DNA of 64,000 bases from positions 27,406,001-27,470,000 of the forward strand of contig NC_087436.1 in the NCBI RefSeq assembly GCF_036321535.1, read 5' to 3'. Origin of the DNA: Camelus dromedarius (Eukaryota). The notes under the pieces were generated by a model. It did not search any database. It was not told where the DNA came from and saw only the letters and a list, made by a program, of their open reading frames with translations. Numbering within the stretch: position 1 is the stretch's first letter; each line of letters opens with the position of its first letter. This document shows, piece by piece, positions 40,785 to 54,300 of this stretch. The translations under genes were made by a program, and so were the position numbers.

Positions 40785-43023
40785 GTTAGTTTTTTGATTT
40801 ACAATGTTGTGTTAGTTTCAAGTGTACTGAAGAATGATTCATTTATACATACACATATATATATTCTTTTACAGATTCTTTTCCATTATAGGTTATTACA
40901 ATATACTGAATATAGTTCCCTGTGCTATATAGAAGGTCTTTGTCATTTATCTATTTTGTATATAGAAGTGTGTGTATGTTAATCCCAAACTCCTAATTTC
41001 CCCCCAACACACATCCCTTTGCCCTTTGTTAAGTATAGTTTGTTTTCTGTGTCTGTAAGTCCATTTCTGGTTTGTAAATAAGTTTGTTTATATTATTTTT
41101 TAGATTCCACATACGAGTGATTTCATATGATACGTGTTTCTCTGTGTCTGACTTACTTCACCTAAAATGATAATCTCTAGGTCCATATATGTTGCTGCAA
41201 ATGGCATTATTTCATTCTTTTTTATGGCTAAGTAATATTTGTGTGTGTGTATGTGCATACATACCACATCTTCTTTATCCATTCATGTGTCAGTAGATAT
41301 TTAGGTTGCTTTATTGTCTTGACTATTATAAGTAGTGCTTAATGAATATTGGGGTGCATATGTTTTTTCAAATTAGTTTTCTCCAGATAAAAGCACAGGA
41401 GTGGGATTCCTGGATCATATGGTAACCTTATTTTTAGTTTTTTTAAGGAGCCTCCATACTATTCTCCATGGTGGCTGCACCATTTTACACTCTCACCAAC
41501 AATGTAGGAAGGTTACCTTTCCTCTACACCTCTCCATCATTTCTTCTTTGTGTGGTTTTTAATAATGGCCATTCTGACTGGTGTGAGGTGGTACTTCATT
41601 GTAGTTTTGATTTGCATTTCTCTGATACTTATAGATATTAAGCATCTTTTCTTGTGCCTGTTGGCCATCTATATGTCTTCTTGGGCAGAAGACCTACATA
41701 GATAGTTCTCTGATTTTTCTGATTGAGTTGTTTGGCTTTTTTTTTTCTTTTTGATATTAAGCTATATGAGCTATTTATATTTTTGGAAATTAATCCCTTG
41801 TCATTCTCATTATTTGCAAATCTTCTATCATTCTGTAGGTTGTTTTTTCATTTTGTATATGGTTTCCTTTGCTGTGCAAAAGGCTTTAAGTTTAATTAGG
41901 TCCCATTTGCTTATTTTTTGCTTTTATTTCCATTACTCTAGGAGAAAGATTGAAAAAAAAATTGCTGCAATTTACAACAAGGAGTGTTTTTGCCTACGTT
42001 TTCTTTTAGACCTTTTGTAGTATCCAGTATTATGCTTATTTATGTCTTTAATCCGTTTTGAGTTTATTTTTGTATAAGGTGTTTTAGAATGTTCTAATTT
42101 CATTCTTTTATGTGTAGCTGTCCAATTCTCCAGCACCACTTATTGAAGAGACTCTCTATTGTATATTCTTTCGTCCTTTGTCATAGATTAATTGACCATA
42201 AGTGTGTGGGTTTATTTCTGGGCTTTCTATATTGTTCCATTGATCTATGTGTCTATTTTTGTGCCTGTACCATACTGTTTTGATTACTGTAGCTTTGTAG
42301 GATAGTCTGAATTCAGGGAGCATGATTGCTTCAGCTGCATTCTTCTTTCTCAAGATTGTTTTGGCTATTCAAGTTCTTCTGTGTTTCCATACAGATTTTA
42401 ATCATTTTTGTTTCAGTTCTTTGAGAAATGCCATTGGTAATTTGATAAGGATTATACAGAATCAGTAGATTGCCTTAGGCAATATGGCCATTTTAAGAAT
42501 ACTCGTTTTTCTACTCCAAGAACATGGTAAATCTTTTCTTCTGTTAGTGTTGTCTTCAGTTTCTTTCATCAATGTCTTAATAGTTTTTGGAGTGCAGGTC
42601 TTTTTCCTCCCTAGGTAGGTTTATTCCTAGATATTTTATTCTTTTTGCTGTGATGATAAATGGGATTGTTTCTTTAATTTCTCTTTCTGATATTTCATTG
42701 TTAGGGTATAGAAATGCAATTGATTTCTGCATATTAATTTTGTATCCTGCAACTTTACCAGTTCTTTGAGCTCTAGTAGTTTCTGGTAGTGTGTTTAGGA
42801 TCTTCTATGTATATAGTGCCATGTCATCTGCAAAGAGTGACAGTTTTTACCACTTTTCCAATTTGGACTTCTTTTCTTTCCTCTTCTTCTCTGATTGCTG
42901 CAGCTAGGACTCCCAAAACTATGCTGAATAAAAGTGATGAGAGTGGGCATCCTTGTCTTGTTCCTGATCTTGGTGGAAAAGCTTTTAGCTTTTCACCATT
43001 GAGTGTGATGTTAGCTGTGGGTA
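40785..43023 (-). mobile_element. LINE-1 'C': 3'UTR plus ORF2 3' part
   Basis: New L1 3' end at ~40790. ORF2 fragments at 42156-42353 and 42824-43023 ([27 protein letters not shown]). Confidence 0.92.
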
Positions 43024-43784
43024 TGTGCAGGCTGAGACAGGTGGCTATGGTGGGGTCACACTCTACCTTCATGTGTGGACCCAGCTCCTTTGCACGTTCC
43101 TGCTCTCAGCCTGTACCACGCTCTAGCCCCTTCAGGCTGTGTCCACACAGTGAGCCTGAGTCCTCTCCCTGCTTCTGTTCTCTGAAGCCCAAGCATCTGA
43201 AAATTGCCTTCTTTGTGACAGTTCCTAGCTGAGTTTCTCTTGGAATGACTTTGTGTTTCTTTGGGTTACCATGTGTGAAGATTGCTATTATAACCATCTC
43301 AGGTTTGTCAGATGAGGAAATAGAGGTAGAGTTTAGGAAAATTTCCCCAAAGTACCTGCAGGCTCACATCTTGGGCTGGGGAGCCCAGTACGGTGGCCCA
43401 GATCTGCTGCATCTGTTTCTCTATTCTTTTGGGAAGCAACTACTGTGCTCTCTTCTGAGTTTTTGAGGCTACCTTTCCATCCCAGATGATCTACCTGCTG
43501 GTGCAGGAGCTTCCCAGGGAAAGAGACCTTTACCTCTTTCATTGCTCCCTCTTGGTGGTGCAGCCCCTGTCCCATTTCTGTTTTTTTGTTTGTTTTTTGT
43601 TTGTTTGTTTGTTTGTTTTGGTCCTAGCCATTTACATGGAGATTTTTTTTGTAGCGTTGCTAGTGTAAGATACTCTGCCAGAGTTTAGAGGTATTGTGAT
43701 AATTGTTCCACATGTGGATGTATTTTTGATGTTTTTGTTGGGGAGGTAAGCTCCATGTCCTTCCATTCTGCCATCTTGAACCCC
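43024..43784 (-). mobile_element. LINE-1 5'UTR segment
   Basis: Minus strand begins 'ggggttcaagatggcagaatggaaggacatggagcttacctcccc'. The AAGATGGC YY1-type motif is typical of L1 5' starts. More GC-rich than the flanks. Confidence 0.75.
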
Positions 43785-43985
43785 ACTGCCTCTTTTAGTG
43801 ACCTAACGTTTTTGCACCCAGAGTCAAGTATAAAGAGGTAAGATTCCACATGGGTGAGGAGTTCGAGATTCCAAGGTATAAGCAAGGATGTTGTGAAACA
43901 GCAGATGAGAAAGGAGAACCCATAGGAGGACTTAATCACAGGCAACTTCTCAGTCGGTGACTTTTAGAAAACAGTACTTCAGGGC

Positions 43986-44637
43986 TGTCAGGGAACAAGG
44001 CAGGTCAGTGTCATGGGTGGTAAAATAATTCACCAAAGACAAATAATGAAAATAGAAAAGGAGTTGATTAGGTTGTGCTGCCATAGACACCAGCAGGCCA
44101 CACAGATGGGAGGTGCCTGTGTGAACACTGAGGGTCAGTTGTTGAGGCCTTTTATGGGTAAGGCGTTGGGGAACACACTGGGTTGGGAGCTGCGTGCAGG
44201 CACAAGTCTCTGATTGGTTGTAGGAGAGGTAAGAAGTTTTGGGTTCATGAAGGGCAGTGGGGTTTACGACTAATAATGTGGAGGTGTGGGCTGAAACAAG
44301 CCAGCCTGAGCTATTGTGAGATTAGGCATTACCTGGGTTACTGGTTTGTTAGAGCAAACACATCCGGTAAATAATGTACTTTATCTTTTGAGGGATCACA
44401 GGCAGACACCTGAGAGCCCAGGAATGGGGGATCACTGGACTTTGAAGGATGCCAGTTGACCCCACAAAGGGGGTCAGTATCTGAAAATTGCTTTCTTTGC
44501 CATAATTCCTGGCTGGGTTTCCCTTGGAATGATTTTGTGTTCCTTGAGTTACCCTGTGTGAAGAGTGTTATTATAATCATCTCAGTTGGTTAGATGAAGA
44601 AACAAAGGTAGAGTTAGGAAAATTCCCCAAAGATACA
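43986..44637 (-). mobile_element. Solo LTR-like element (ERV1-type)
   Basis: Minus strand reads TGTATC...CTGACA, with CCAAT ('gattgg' 44212) and TATA-like 'cccataaaa' in LTR order. No clear TSD, and the left boundary is uncertain. Confidence 0.6.
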
Positions 44638-47626
44638 TATTTGAGCAATAACGCCTTATCCCATGCACTTCACATTAACACCCACCTAACTTTATATCAT
44701 AAAACTTTATATCATAAAACGTCATATCATCATAATGTCACTGTAACAGGTTTATTAAAAGAAAGAGTTAGAGGACTTTTACTACTACTGTTATTAGTAG
44801 TTTGATAATTAACACTTTAACCTTGCTTGTAGCAGAGGAGAGGTTAACTGGGAACCAAATTCCAGAGAGGTAAGAGGTGTGACAATCGTAATGAATCCAT
44901 CGCTCTTCTTCAGGGCACAGTTTCTTTTGTCATTAAACAACTGCACATCCACAAACACACATCACTCATTTGTATTACTTCTTTATAAAAAATACAATAT
45001 GCAAAAGGGAGTGTGCTTGTGTGTGGATATGCATATGCTCCAATGTCTAAGGAGAAAGAAGATGGGAAGAATTAGATGAGGACGTGTCTTAAACTGAACA
45101 TGTGAGGTCTTTTGCTTCAGTATTTTTCTACCATAGACACTATAGTAAACACAGACACAGTAGCCATTTTGCTCTCTGGTCTCGGTCGTCAGGGTGTTTC
45201 ATAAATCGAGATGAGTACACAAACTGAAAAGTGCGAGACCTTGTAGCTCTGTGGTCACTGAGCGCTCCCTGGAAGACCATTAATGTGAAGAGTGAGGTAA
45301 TTAAAGCTGTGGTTCCAAGGCCAAAGGTTAAATTCCCCAAAGCCCTGAGAATTATTAATGAGTAGTTGGGCAAAAGGAAAGTGTAACACTGAGACAAGAG
45401 GTGGAGAGAACCAGAACTGTGCCAGAGTCACACTGAAGCATTACTGTGGTCAGGAGATTTATCAAACAGTTGGCAAATGCAGGCATCGAGGTGCAGGGGG
45501 TAACAAGGAAAGTGACCAAGACTGCAAGAACCTGTGGACATGGGTACAGACAGAAATGAGTGATCAAGAATAGCAGCACAATCGATGCACTTACTCAGCA
45601 CAAACTTATCGAAGATCACTGTGTATGAAGCACCAAGCAGGCGCTAGTGCCACAAAATCAATCAAGATGTGGGCCTAAGAATGTATGAATCAGGAAAAAA
45701 AAAATCAGGCAACTCCAGGACACTGGACAATATGCTTTAAATAGTTTAAAAACAAAACAACTCCCCCCGAAACTGTGTACATTTGTGGAGAGTATGTTTA
45801 TTTTTGGTGACATTCCAGAAGTTTTAGGATGAGATAAATTAGGTGTAAGAGAGCTAGATAGCTTTTCTGTATGAGGTTCTTATGCAAAAGTGCAGAAATG
45901 TGAAACATTATGACATGAATAAAAAATGATGAGTAATTTGGTATGATTGGAGTAAAAAGCATTGTGTTGAAACACAACACATATGTATACTGCCCAACAT
46001 ATTTTTTGTTTCCAAAATCTATATTAAAATACACGGTTGTGTGTAGTCATTACCTGGATTTTTGTCATTTAGGATAGATTTAATTCAATTACCTCTTATC
46101 CCCCTCCCTCCTTATCTAATTAAGACAAAAGGGAAGAAAGAAATATTCATTCTTGCCAGTGTAAGTATTATTGTCCATATTTATTCTTGGATATATATAT
46201 TTGGATAAAAAAATGTAGATAAAGAGAATAATCGTGAAAGAAGGCTTTGCAATTCCTGCTTTGGGACTAGACTGAAAGCATACAGAATAAAACTAACAAT
46301 TGAGCACTCCCCCAGCTCTCCAAATCCCTTTGAAGTGGCAACAGAGATACCCAAAAGAAATGCTTCCATAATAGCCAAGAATCTGAAAAAGCCGTAAGGT
46401 GAACAAAGCTCTTTATGGGTCTGAGAAGGACTCCACTTTCCAGATCAGGACTGAAGATATGTATGGATATGTATGAATGTGTGTATGTATTTATAGTTAT
46501 ATATTCAAGAACAATTCTGAGGAAGGCTACAGAACATGTAGAAATTGATCTTTCTGCCTGAGCATGTAGACTTCAAGATTGAAATACCTACATCAATTCT
46601 AAAATTAAGAAAATGAAGGACTGTCATCATGGAAATAACCTGAAGGAATGTCTGGAACAGTGGGGCTAGTTACATCCTCTCGTGTTGTCGCTCCCTGTCC
46701 TCCGCCTTCCTCTGTAAGAGGAACATTTGTCAGTGCTATTTCTATTCCCCAAAAGAAGCAGAAGAACCGCTCCCTGAAGAACTGAATGGTCTCTCTGCAG
46801 AGAACTAGGCTCTCTACAATGGATGCTGTTATCCTGGAGGGAATTCCTTCGTACTTTCTCCATGATGGCAAGCAGACGCAGTCTGAATGCCTTACAACTA
46901 CTTTTTTCACTGTAAAGTGATGCTTGTTAATCCACATACCTTATAAGTATACACTCAGTTCTCCCTTGGACTAAACCATCTGAAATACGCCTGCTCAACA
47001 AAAGAGGAAACTCACACCACCGACTGTACATGACTCTCAACAAAATATTAAGACTCATTGCCCTTTCAGGGAGAACTAACAGCTCAAAAAGTGACTAAGA
47101 TGAGAAAGAAGATCTAATTAAGAAAAAGAAAATTTAAATACAATTATACTTGATACCTCTATTGAGATTAGAGACATTTCCTCCTGGAAAAAAAAAATTA
47201 CTACAATACTACAACAACAAAGAAAAACATCTTTCAAAATAAAAATCTGATGGTGGAAAAGAAGGGGAAGACATTCCATTTATATACTAGTGTTCACAAA
47301 ATTCTCCAAAGTCACATAAATGGAGAATATTTTTAAAAACTCAAAATACATTCCCGTATATCTGTAAAATTCATAAATTACTTTAGTATTTCTATCATTA
47401 TGGAATGAAAAGACTATTCAATAAACTGCTATCAAAATTCATTAAGTACTTAATAAGAATTTTATCATACTATACAGTTAAGTAAATCTGTTATAATACT
47501 AATAATACATGGAACATGAAAACCTAGGATAAACATACATTAATATTTATGTGATAGTGCAAGAATTCTTTTAAACAATAAATATAGCAGGAACTGTAGA
47601 GTACTGAATTACAAATTTTAAATAGG

Positions 47627-49053
47627 TTTTTTTATTGAAGTATAGTCAATTTACAATGTTGTCAATTTCTGGTGTACAGCAGAATGCTTCAGTCATACAT
47701 AAATATACATATATTCATTTTCATATTCTTTTTCACCAAGTTACTATAAGATACTGAATACAGTTCTTTGTGCTATACACTATAAACTTGTTTCTCTATT
47801 ATAGGTATATAATATACATATATATATATTAGTATCTGCAAATCTCAAACTCCCAATTTATTCCTTCCCACCTCCTCCACTGGTAACTGTAAGTTTGTTT
47901 TCTATGTCTGAGTCTGTTTCTGTTTTGTAAATAAGTTTTTTTTTTTTTTTTAAAGATTCCACATATAAGTGGTGTATTGTACGGTATTTTTCTTTCTGGC
48001 TTACTTCACTTAAAATGACAATCTCCAGGTCCATCCATGTTGCTGCAAATAGCATTATTTTATTCTTTTTTATGGCTGGGTAGTATTCCATTGTATAAAT
48101 ATACCACACCTTCTTTATCCAGTCATCTGTTAGTGGACATTTAGGTTGTTTCCATGTCTTGGCTATTGTAATTAGTGCTGCTATGAGCATTGGGGTGCAG
48201 TTGTCTTTTTGAATCAAGGTTCCCTCTGGATATATGCCTAGGAGTGGGATTGCTGGATCATATGGTGAGTCTGATTTTAGTCTTTTAAGGAGTCTCCATG
48301 CTGTTTTTCATAATGGCTGCCCCAAGCTACATTCCCACCAACAGTGTAGGAGGGTTCCCTTTTCTCCACAGCCTCTCCAGCATTTATTATTTGTGGACTT
48401 TTTAATCATGGCCATTCTGACTGGTGTGAGGTGATACCTCATTATAGTTTTTATTTACATTTCTGATAATTAGTGATATTGAGCATTTTTTCATGTGCCT
48501 ATTGGCTATTTGTATGTCTTCATTGGAGAATTGCTTGCTTAGGCCTTCTGCCCATTTTTGGATTGGGTTGTTTTCTTAAGTTGTCTGAGCTGTTTATATA
48601 TTGTGGCAATTAAGCCCTTGTCAGTCTCATCTTTTGCAAATATTTTCTCCCATTTCATGGGTTGTCTTTTAGTTTTGCTTATGGTTTCCTTGGCTGTGCA
48701 AAAGCTTGTAAGCTTAATTAGGTCCCATTTGTTTATTTTTGCTTTTATTTCTATTGCCTTGGTAGACTGCCCTAGGAGAACATTGCTGAGATGTATGTCA
48801 GATAACATTTTGCGTATGTTTTCTTCTAAGAGGTTTATAGTGTCTTGTCTTATGTTTAAGTCTTTAAGCCATTTTGAGTTTATTTTTATGTATGGTGTGA
48901 GGGAGTGTTCTGACTTCATTGATTCACATGCAGCTGTCCAGTTTTCCCAAAACCATTTGCTGAAGAGACTGTCTTTATTCCATTGTATGTTCTCGCCTCC
49001 TTTGTCAAAGATTAATTGACCAAAAGTTCGTGGGCTTATTTCTGGGCTCTCTA
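47627..49053 (-). mobile_element. 5'-truncated LINE-1, 1.4 kb
   Basis: ORFs 47858-48217 (WKQPKCP..DDWIKKVWYIYTMEYY) and 48539-48919 ([18 protein letters not shown]). Imperfect TSD taaatagg-ttt / taaataaagttt. Confidence 0.96.
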
Positions 49054-50922
49054 TATAAATAAAGTTTGAAGTTTAAAATTTTAACAAAGGAAGAAGCCAA
49101 AATTTAGGTTATAAATAATTTGTTATATTTATGACAAAATACTGACAGAACAAGAAAATGCTTACTATCATATGTGAAATTTTAATAAAATACTGATAAG
49201 AAAAAGATTAACACAACAATAGAAAAAAAATTTTAAATAAAGTCAGTGCCCTCCCTCCTCAATCTTCCTTGACTATCTAAAATGTATTTTTTCTGGTACT
49301 GAACTAGATTTTTCCTTGGGGACTTTTCTCTTTTCCTGTATTTTTATGTTTTTCTGTCATTCTTATGTTTTTAATCTTATTGGTGACTCAGAAAAAAAGC
49401 TGTAATTAGGTACATCAAATAGATGAAATCCTTTTGGAATGGCATGTTTTCTATTCAAGAACATCAATCCAACAATGTAGTAAAAGAGAAAATTGAAATG
49501 CTTTTTCTTTTTATTCCCCTTAAAGCTTCTGAATATCTGAGTTGTTAGTTTAGAGTTTAAGGCTAATATATTTAGAATTTAAAGTTTCAGAAGTTTTTTT
49601 TTTTTGTTTTTTTTTTTTTTTCCTTTTCCCTTTCAACTTCCTTTTGGCAACTTCTATGTTTAAAGTCTTTTAAATCACCCTGCAAGTTTTAAAACTTGTA
49701 AGCAAAAGGATTTAGAGCTGTCATTCGGAAATGTCATGTCTGTTGTCAGTGGTTCATGAATAATTGACACGGAGATTACCTAGGGAAATTTGCAATTAGC
49801 CTCCTCATTAACATAAGAACGAACAGTAGGCTGCTTGGTGAATGCTAGATTTTAACTTAGGTATTTACTCAAAAGATAAAGTTTATAATAGGACCTCTAA
49901 TGAAAAATTCATTAGGTTCAATTTGATATCCCATGGGTTTCTAAGTTACTTCATGAATCAGTCATTGAGAAAACCAAGAATACACATTCAGTTATTAATT
50001 TCTATTCTCAACTGTGAATGTCCAAATAAAAGCAATCAATCTCTAGGTAACATATGATAAAATGACTTCAGCAGCAGTGATGCAAAGTAAGTACCATATA
50101 GATCATTGCTAATCCGGCTGATGATTATTCAGAGTTGAAAATTAGGTTCTAAGAAATGTATGTATAATATTAATAAAATGTCAAATTTTATTAGTAACTA
50201 CTCTGGAGTGAATTTTAAGTATGTGAAACTCAGGTGATGATAAACAGCATTGTGATTCAATTTATTCTCTTTAAGGTTGATATTTAAATCTCATAAGAGC
50301 ATTGATATACATTAAAGATTTTTCCCCCAAATGTAGAAATAAGGAAAAAAAACCAACTAATGTTGAATAATGTCCATGTAAAAGTACAAAAGTGTCTATT
50401 TCCACTCATTTGTGTATTGTTTGGAATTGTCTTTTAAAGCTGCACAGATTTTAGGTTAAAATACTTGCTGCAGTTCAAATTTTTTTTAGTTGAAATTATG
50501 AGGAGTGTAAAATAAGACAGTGAAGGTAAATAAAAAGTGAAAGGGTTTAATTTCCTAGAAAAATAGGAAAATGATTTAAAAAAAGCTTATTAGATCATAA
50601 AAGTACATATTCATAAAATATAGACATATTTATAATATATAATATATATATGTACACATAACATATGAAAGGAGTCAGTAGACATAAATTAGGCATCACG
50701 TAAATCTACTGCCTTTTTGCCTAAGTAATATGGAAACTTCTGTAGAGCTCTTTTCAGTTTACTCCAGATATCCCTCATTTTATTATGTACTTTTGTAATT
50801 TTGTATTTCATTTCATATGGCAACATAAGTTCACAAACCACTAAACAAATTTTAGTATTTAATATTACTGTTAAGATTTTACTTGTAGGCTTAAAATCGT
50901 AAGTTCAGAAAGTTGCAGAAAG

Positions 50923-51388
50923 TGTTGAATGAAATAAAATCACACAATATGAGAGTTGTGGGTTAAGTTTTATTTGGGGCAAAATGAGGACTACAGCTTG
51001 GGAGGCAGCATCTCAGATAGCTGAGAAACTGTTCCAAAGAGGCAGGGAGGAACTGAGTATAATACAGGATTTTTGTGAAGGAGGGTTACATGCAGTCAGT
51101 CAAGCACACATATAGGCAGAGGCTTGCTGCTAGCCACAAGGAGCAGATGTCACTGTTAATGATTTTCTAGTGCTTTTCTAGATATGAGGAGACATAAGAA
51201 TTGGGGCCATAAAATCTTCTGAAAATATTTAACTATCTGAGGGCCTGTTCAGCTAGTTTTCCCAGAGTACCTCATTCCTGACCTCCATCCTGAACTCCTT
51301 TCAGGGTGTGTTGGAGGTCAGTGGCTGCAGTAGCTCTTGATTTTAATCCAAGCAGAGGTTGTTGGCAAGTGCCAATGTTTAGTTATCA
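50923..51388 (-). mobile_element. 3' LTR of an ERV1 (MER41/MER21-like)
   Basis: Minus strand reads TGATAAC...TTCAACA. AATAAA on the minus strand ~50968-50973. PPT-like 'atgagggggccc' immediately upstream (51389-51400). Confidence 0.82.
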
Positions 51389-54300
51389 GGGCCCCCTCAT
51401 GGTAATAAATTCAACCATCATTTGGGAGGTATTTCAAGACCATTTGTCCCAGGGTGTTAGGAATAATTATCCCTAGGTTAGGTGAGGATTTTGTTGACAG
51501 GCCACTCAAATGGGACCAGGCCTTATTAACAGTAGCAAAAAGTCTCTGGACCCCCGGTCTTACTAGTCTCTTATGGTCTAGGAACACATTCCCTCTTATT
51601 GCTTCTTCCCATATCTAGAGTTACATTATTACAATCATTGGTCTCATACAGTAGTATCTGGTCTACTACTTCAAGTCGCCAAGTCACTATTTTATCAGAG
51701 AACAGTCACACATTTGGTAATGCAAGAAAAAATTTTGTAAAGTAGGCAAAGTACAAGTAATATACTTAGCAGTATTAGTAAGGTCATAAGTAAATTTAAG
51801 ACAAGAATGTCTATTAGGTGTGGCCCAGTGCATGCCTAGGTCATCTGACTTAATTTGTTCTGCACCGATTCTTATCTTTAAGGAAGATGCTGTACAGAAA
51901 TTGTTCATAAGACACCCAATTACATTTTTGAGTGTGTTATTAGGCTGGCTATCCTTGGTATAATTTAATTTTTCCCAACATAAGGGAGCCTTTTCATAGG
52001 CTGAAATTTTGCCTGTTGTCTTGATTGAGCTTGAGTGATCTTATAAGAAAATTCGTATTTATGGCCAGGCTCAGAGCAGGTATGACTAATTGGCCAGGTG
52101 AGGGGATCCCACCTAGTAATATCAGTAGTGGCCTAAACAGAACTACAATTTCTTCTAGAATAAATTTTCTAAGGGCTACCCAGTTACAGCCTTGGAGTAG
52201 GGAAACCCACCAAGGTAACCAGGAGTACTGGTTATAGGTAATTAGCCATAAAACTAACAATTGGATTAAGTTTAACTCTGCATAAGATTGTGAAATACAC
52301 GTAGTTCATAAGCGAAAGTGTGAGCAATTATCAAAGTAACAGGTATGCAGGCCTGGTCCTGTGTCTTGGTTCAGCTGTCTACCTCCGATGCTGTCATCTT
52401 CTCATCCTGGCCTAGTAGCATCTCCTTTTTTTGAGCATTGTGTTTTGGGATGATTTTGAGGTCAGTAGTTCTCTCTGTAGGCCAGTCCAGTGCAGAGGCC
52501 CTCTGTAAGTGGGAATATTAGTCCAGGAGTCAATTCCCTTCAGTTTCACTGCCAGTTACAGTACCTAGCAAAGGTCCTTCCATCCAGGTTGGAGACAGTC
52601 CTTAAACTGTGTCTTTTCCAGTATGCATCATCTCCTGGTTGCAGGTCACGGGCATCGGATCTTCACCCAAAGATAGATTCCTGACATAAGCTTCAGAAAC
52701 AAATTTATTAAAAGGATGCTGTAATTCAATTAAACTTTACAGGAAATAAGTAAGTAAACTGTATAACAAAACAGCAAGGAACTACCTGGGAAGTGCCTCT
52801 TAGGCCATAAATACGTATCTCCCTTAACAAAGCTTGAATTTAACATTCACTGAAACATTATCTTTTTTTCTCTAAAGTTACTCTCATTTTTTATCAAATA
52901 TAGCCAAGTCAAGGTTAATTTGTCTGCAAGTTGATTATTTGTTCATATAGGCTCTTTTAAACTGGCTGGGCTGGAACTTTTCATGAAGAGTCTCAGGCTG
53001 CAATTGTAATCAGGTCTCCTAAGGCCAGGAAGGCCATGTCCAGGGCTTGTCTCAGTTTCTGCCTGACAGATTTAGATGAATTCTTTTCTTTTCGAGGTCC
53101 CCAAAATACCTTGAGATTCCTATACCTGTTAGAGGTGATCTTCCTAATTTATCTGATTAGGAACTCTTAGGTTCCCAGTGACTTAATCTCTGGAGGGATC
53201 AGATAGAAAGGACAACTGTTCAAGTCTGCATATGTAAGTATAATTTACCAAATTGCTGTGAGTCATGATTAGCTTAAGGAGGAGGGTTTCTTTCTATCTG
53301 GAAAACACAGGTTAAAAGCCAGTAATGTTTCAGAGAGGAACCATAAATATTATAACCATTATTCACTGGTTCACTCAGGCCTCTGTAACTAATCCTTTTA
53401 TGAAACTTCTATGAAACTTTTCAGGTTTTCCATTAGAATTCTTTAATTTCTTACCTAGTTCAACACTGTGGTCTGAAAGTTATCCAACACCTATACTTAA
53501 TCAAAGAAGTCTTTTCTATAAACTGTCTTGGAGAGGAGGCATTGTGCAAAGGCATCAGGGTAAACCATATCTATGAATGATAAAAGACTTAAGGCACAGT
53601 TAAAAACTTGACTACAATGTAATTCATAAATGGATACTGCTGTGACATACAGCATTTTAAGATAATAACTAGAATTATGACTGATAGCTTTTTACCAGGA
53701 TTACCAGCTTTTTAAGAATTTCATATCATTTCTAGAATCTATATTAATATTTTTCCTAATGTAACCTAAGATGATTACTTATTTGACAACACTTCCCATG
53801 CAATTTAACATGCCAAGTGAACCTAATTAGTTTAATATCTCTTTTGGGGATGTTTCAGGGGCCCTCGGAAGCATCCCAAAGTTAGCTATACGTTAGAGAA
53901 ACTTCATTCAAATTGGATTTGTGAAATTTGTCAAAAAATACCAAAAAGGTTTTAAACCACTTGGTCAGATAAGATCAGAGGTCACAGTAAAATAATACTT
54001 ATTCCCTTAGCCAAAGTGAGAATGAAACATTTCAAAGGCAAATACGGAAAGTTACAACAGATTTACAAGTAAAGGTAAAAAAAAAAAACCCTTACACTCT
54101 GTTATCAAAAACAGACGAACATTTTAAAAAAATTATCTTACCAGAGAGAGAAAACTAAATTCAAGTTTTGCACCAACTTACTATTAACAACCAAATCTAT
54201 TAACTTATTTAGTTAAATTTAGATGTATTTTAATCTTGATCATGCACAAAGCCCTTTTCTTAGGGTTCCTTTCCCACAGACCTTTAATCATGAACCCTTT

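Noticed and set aside
16901..49053. Active or intact LINE-1
   Set aside because: All copies are truncated or deleted, ORF2 is fragmented by stops and frameshifts, and no ORF1 is seen.
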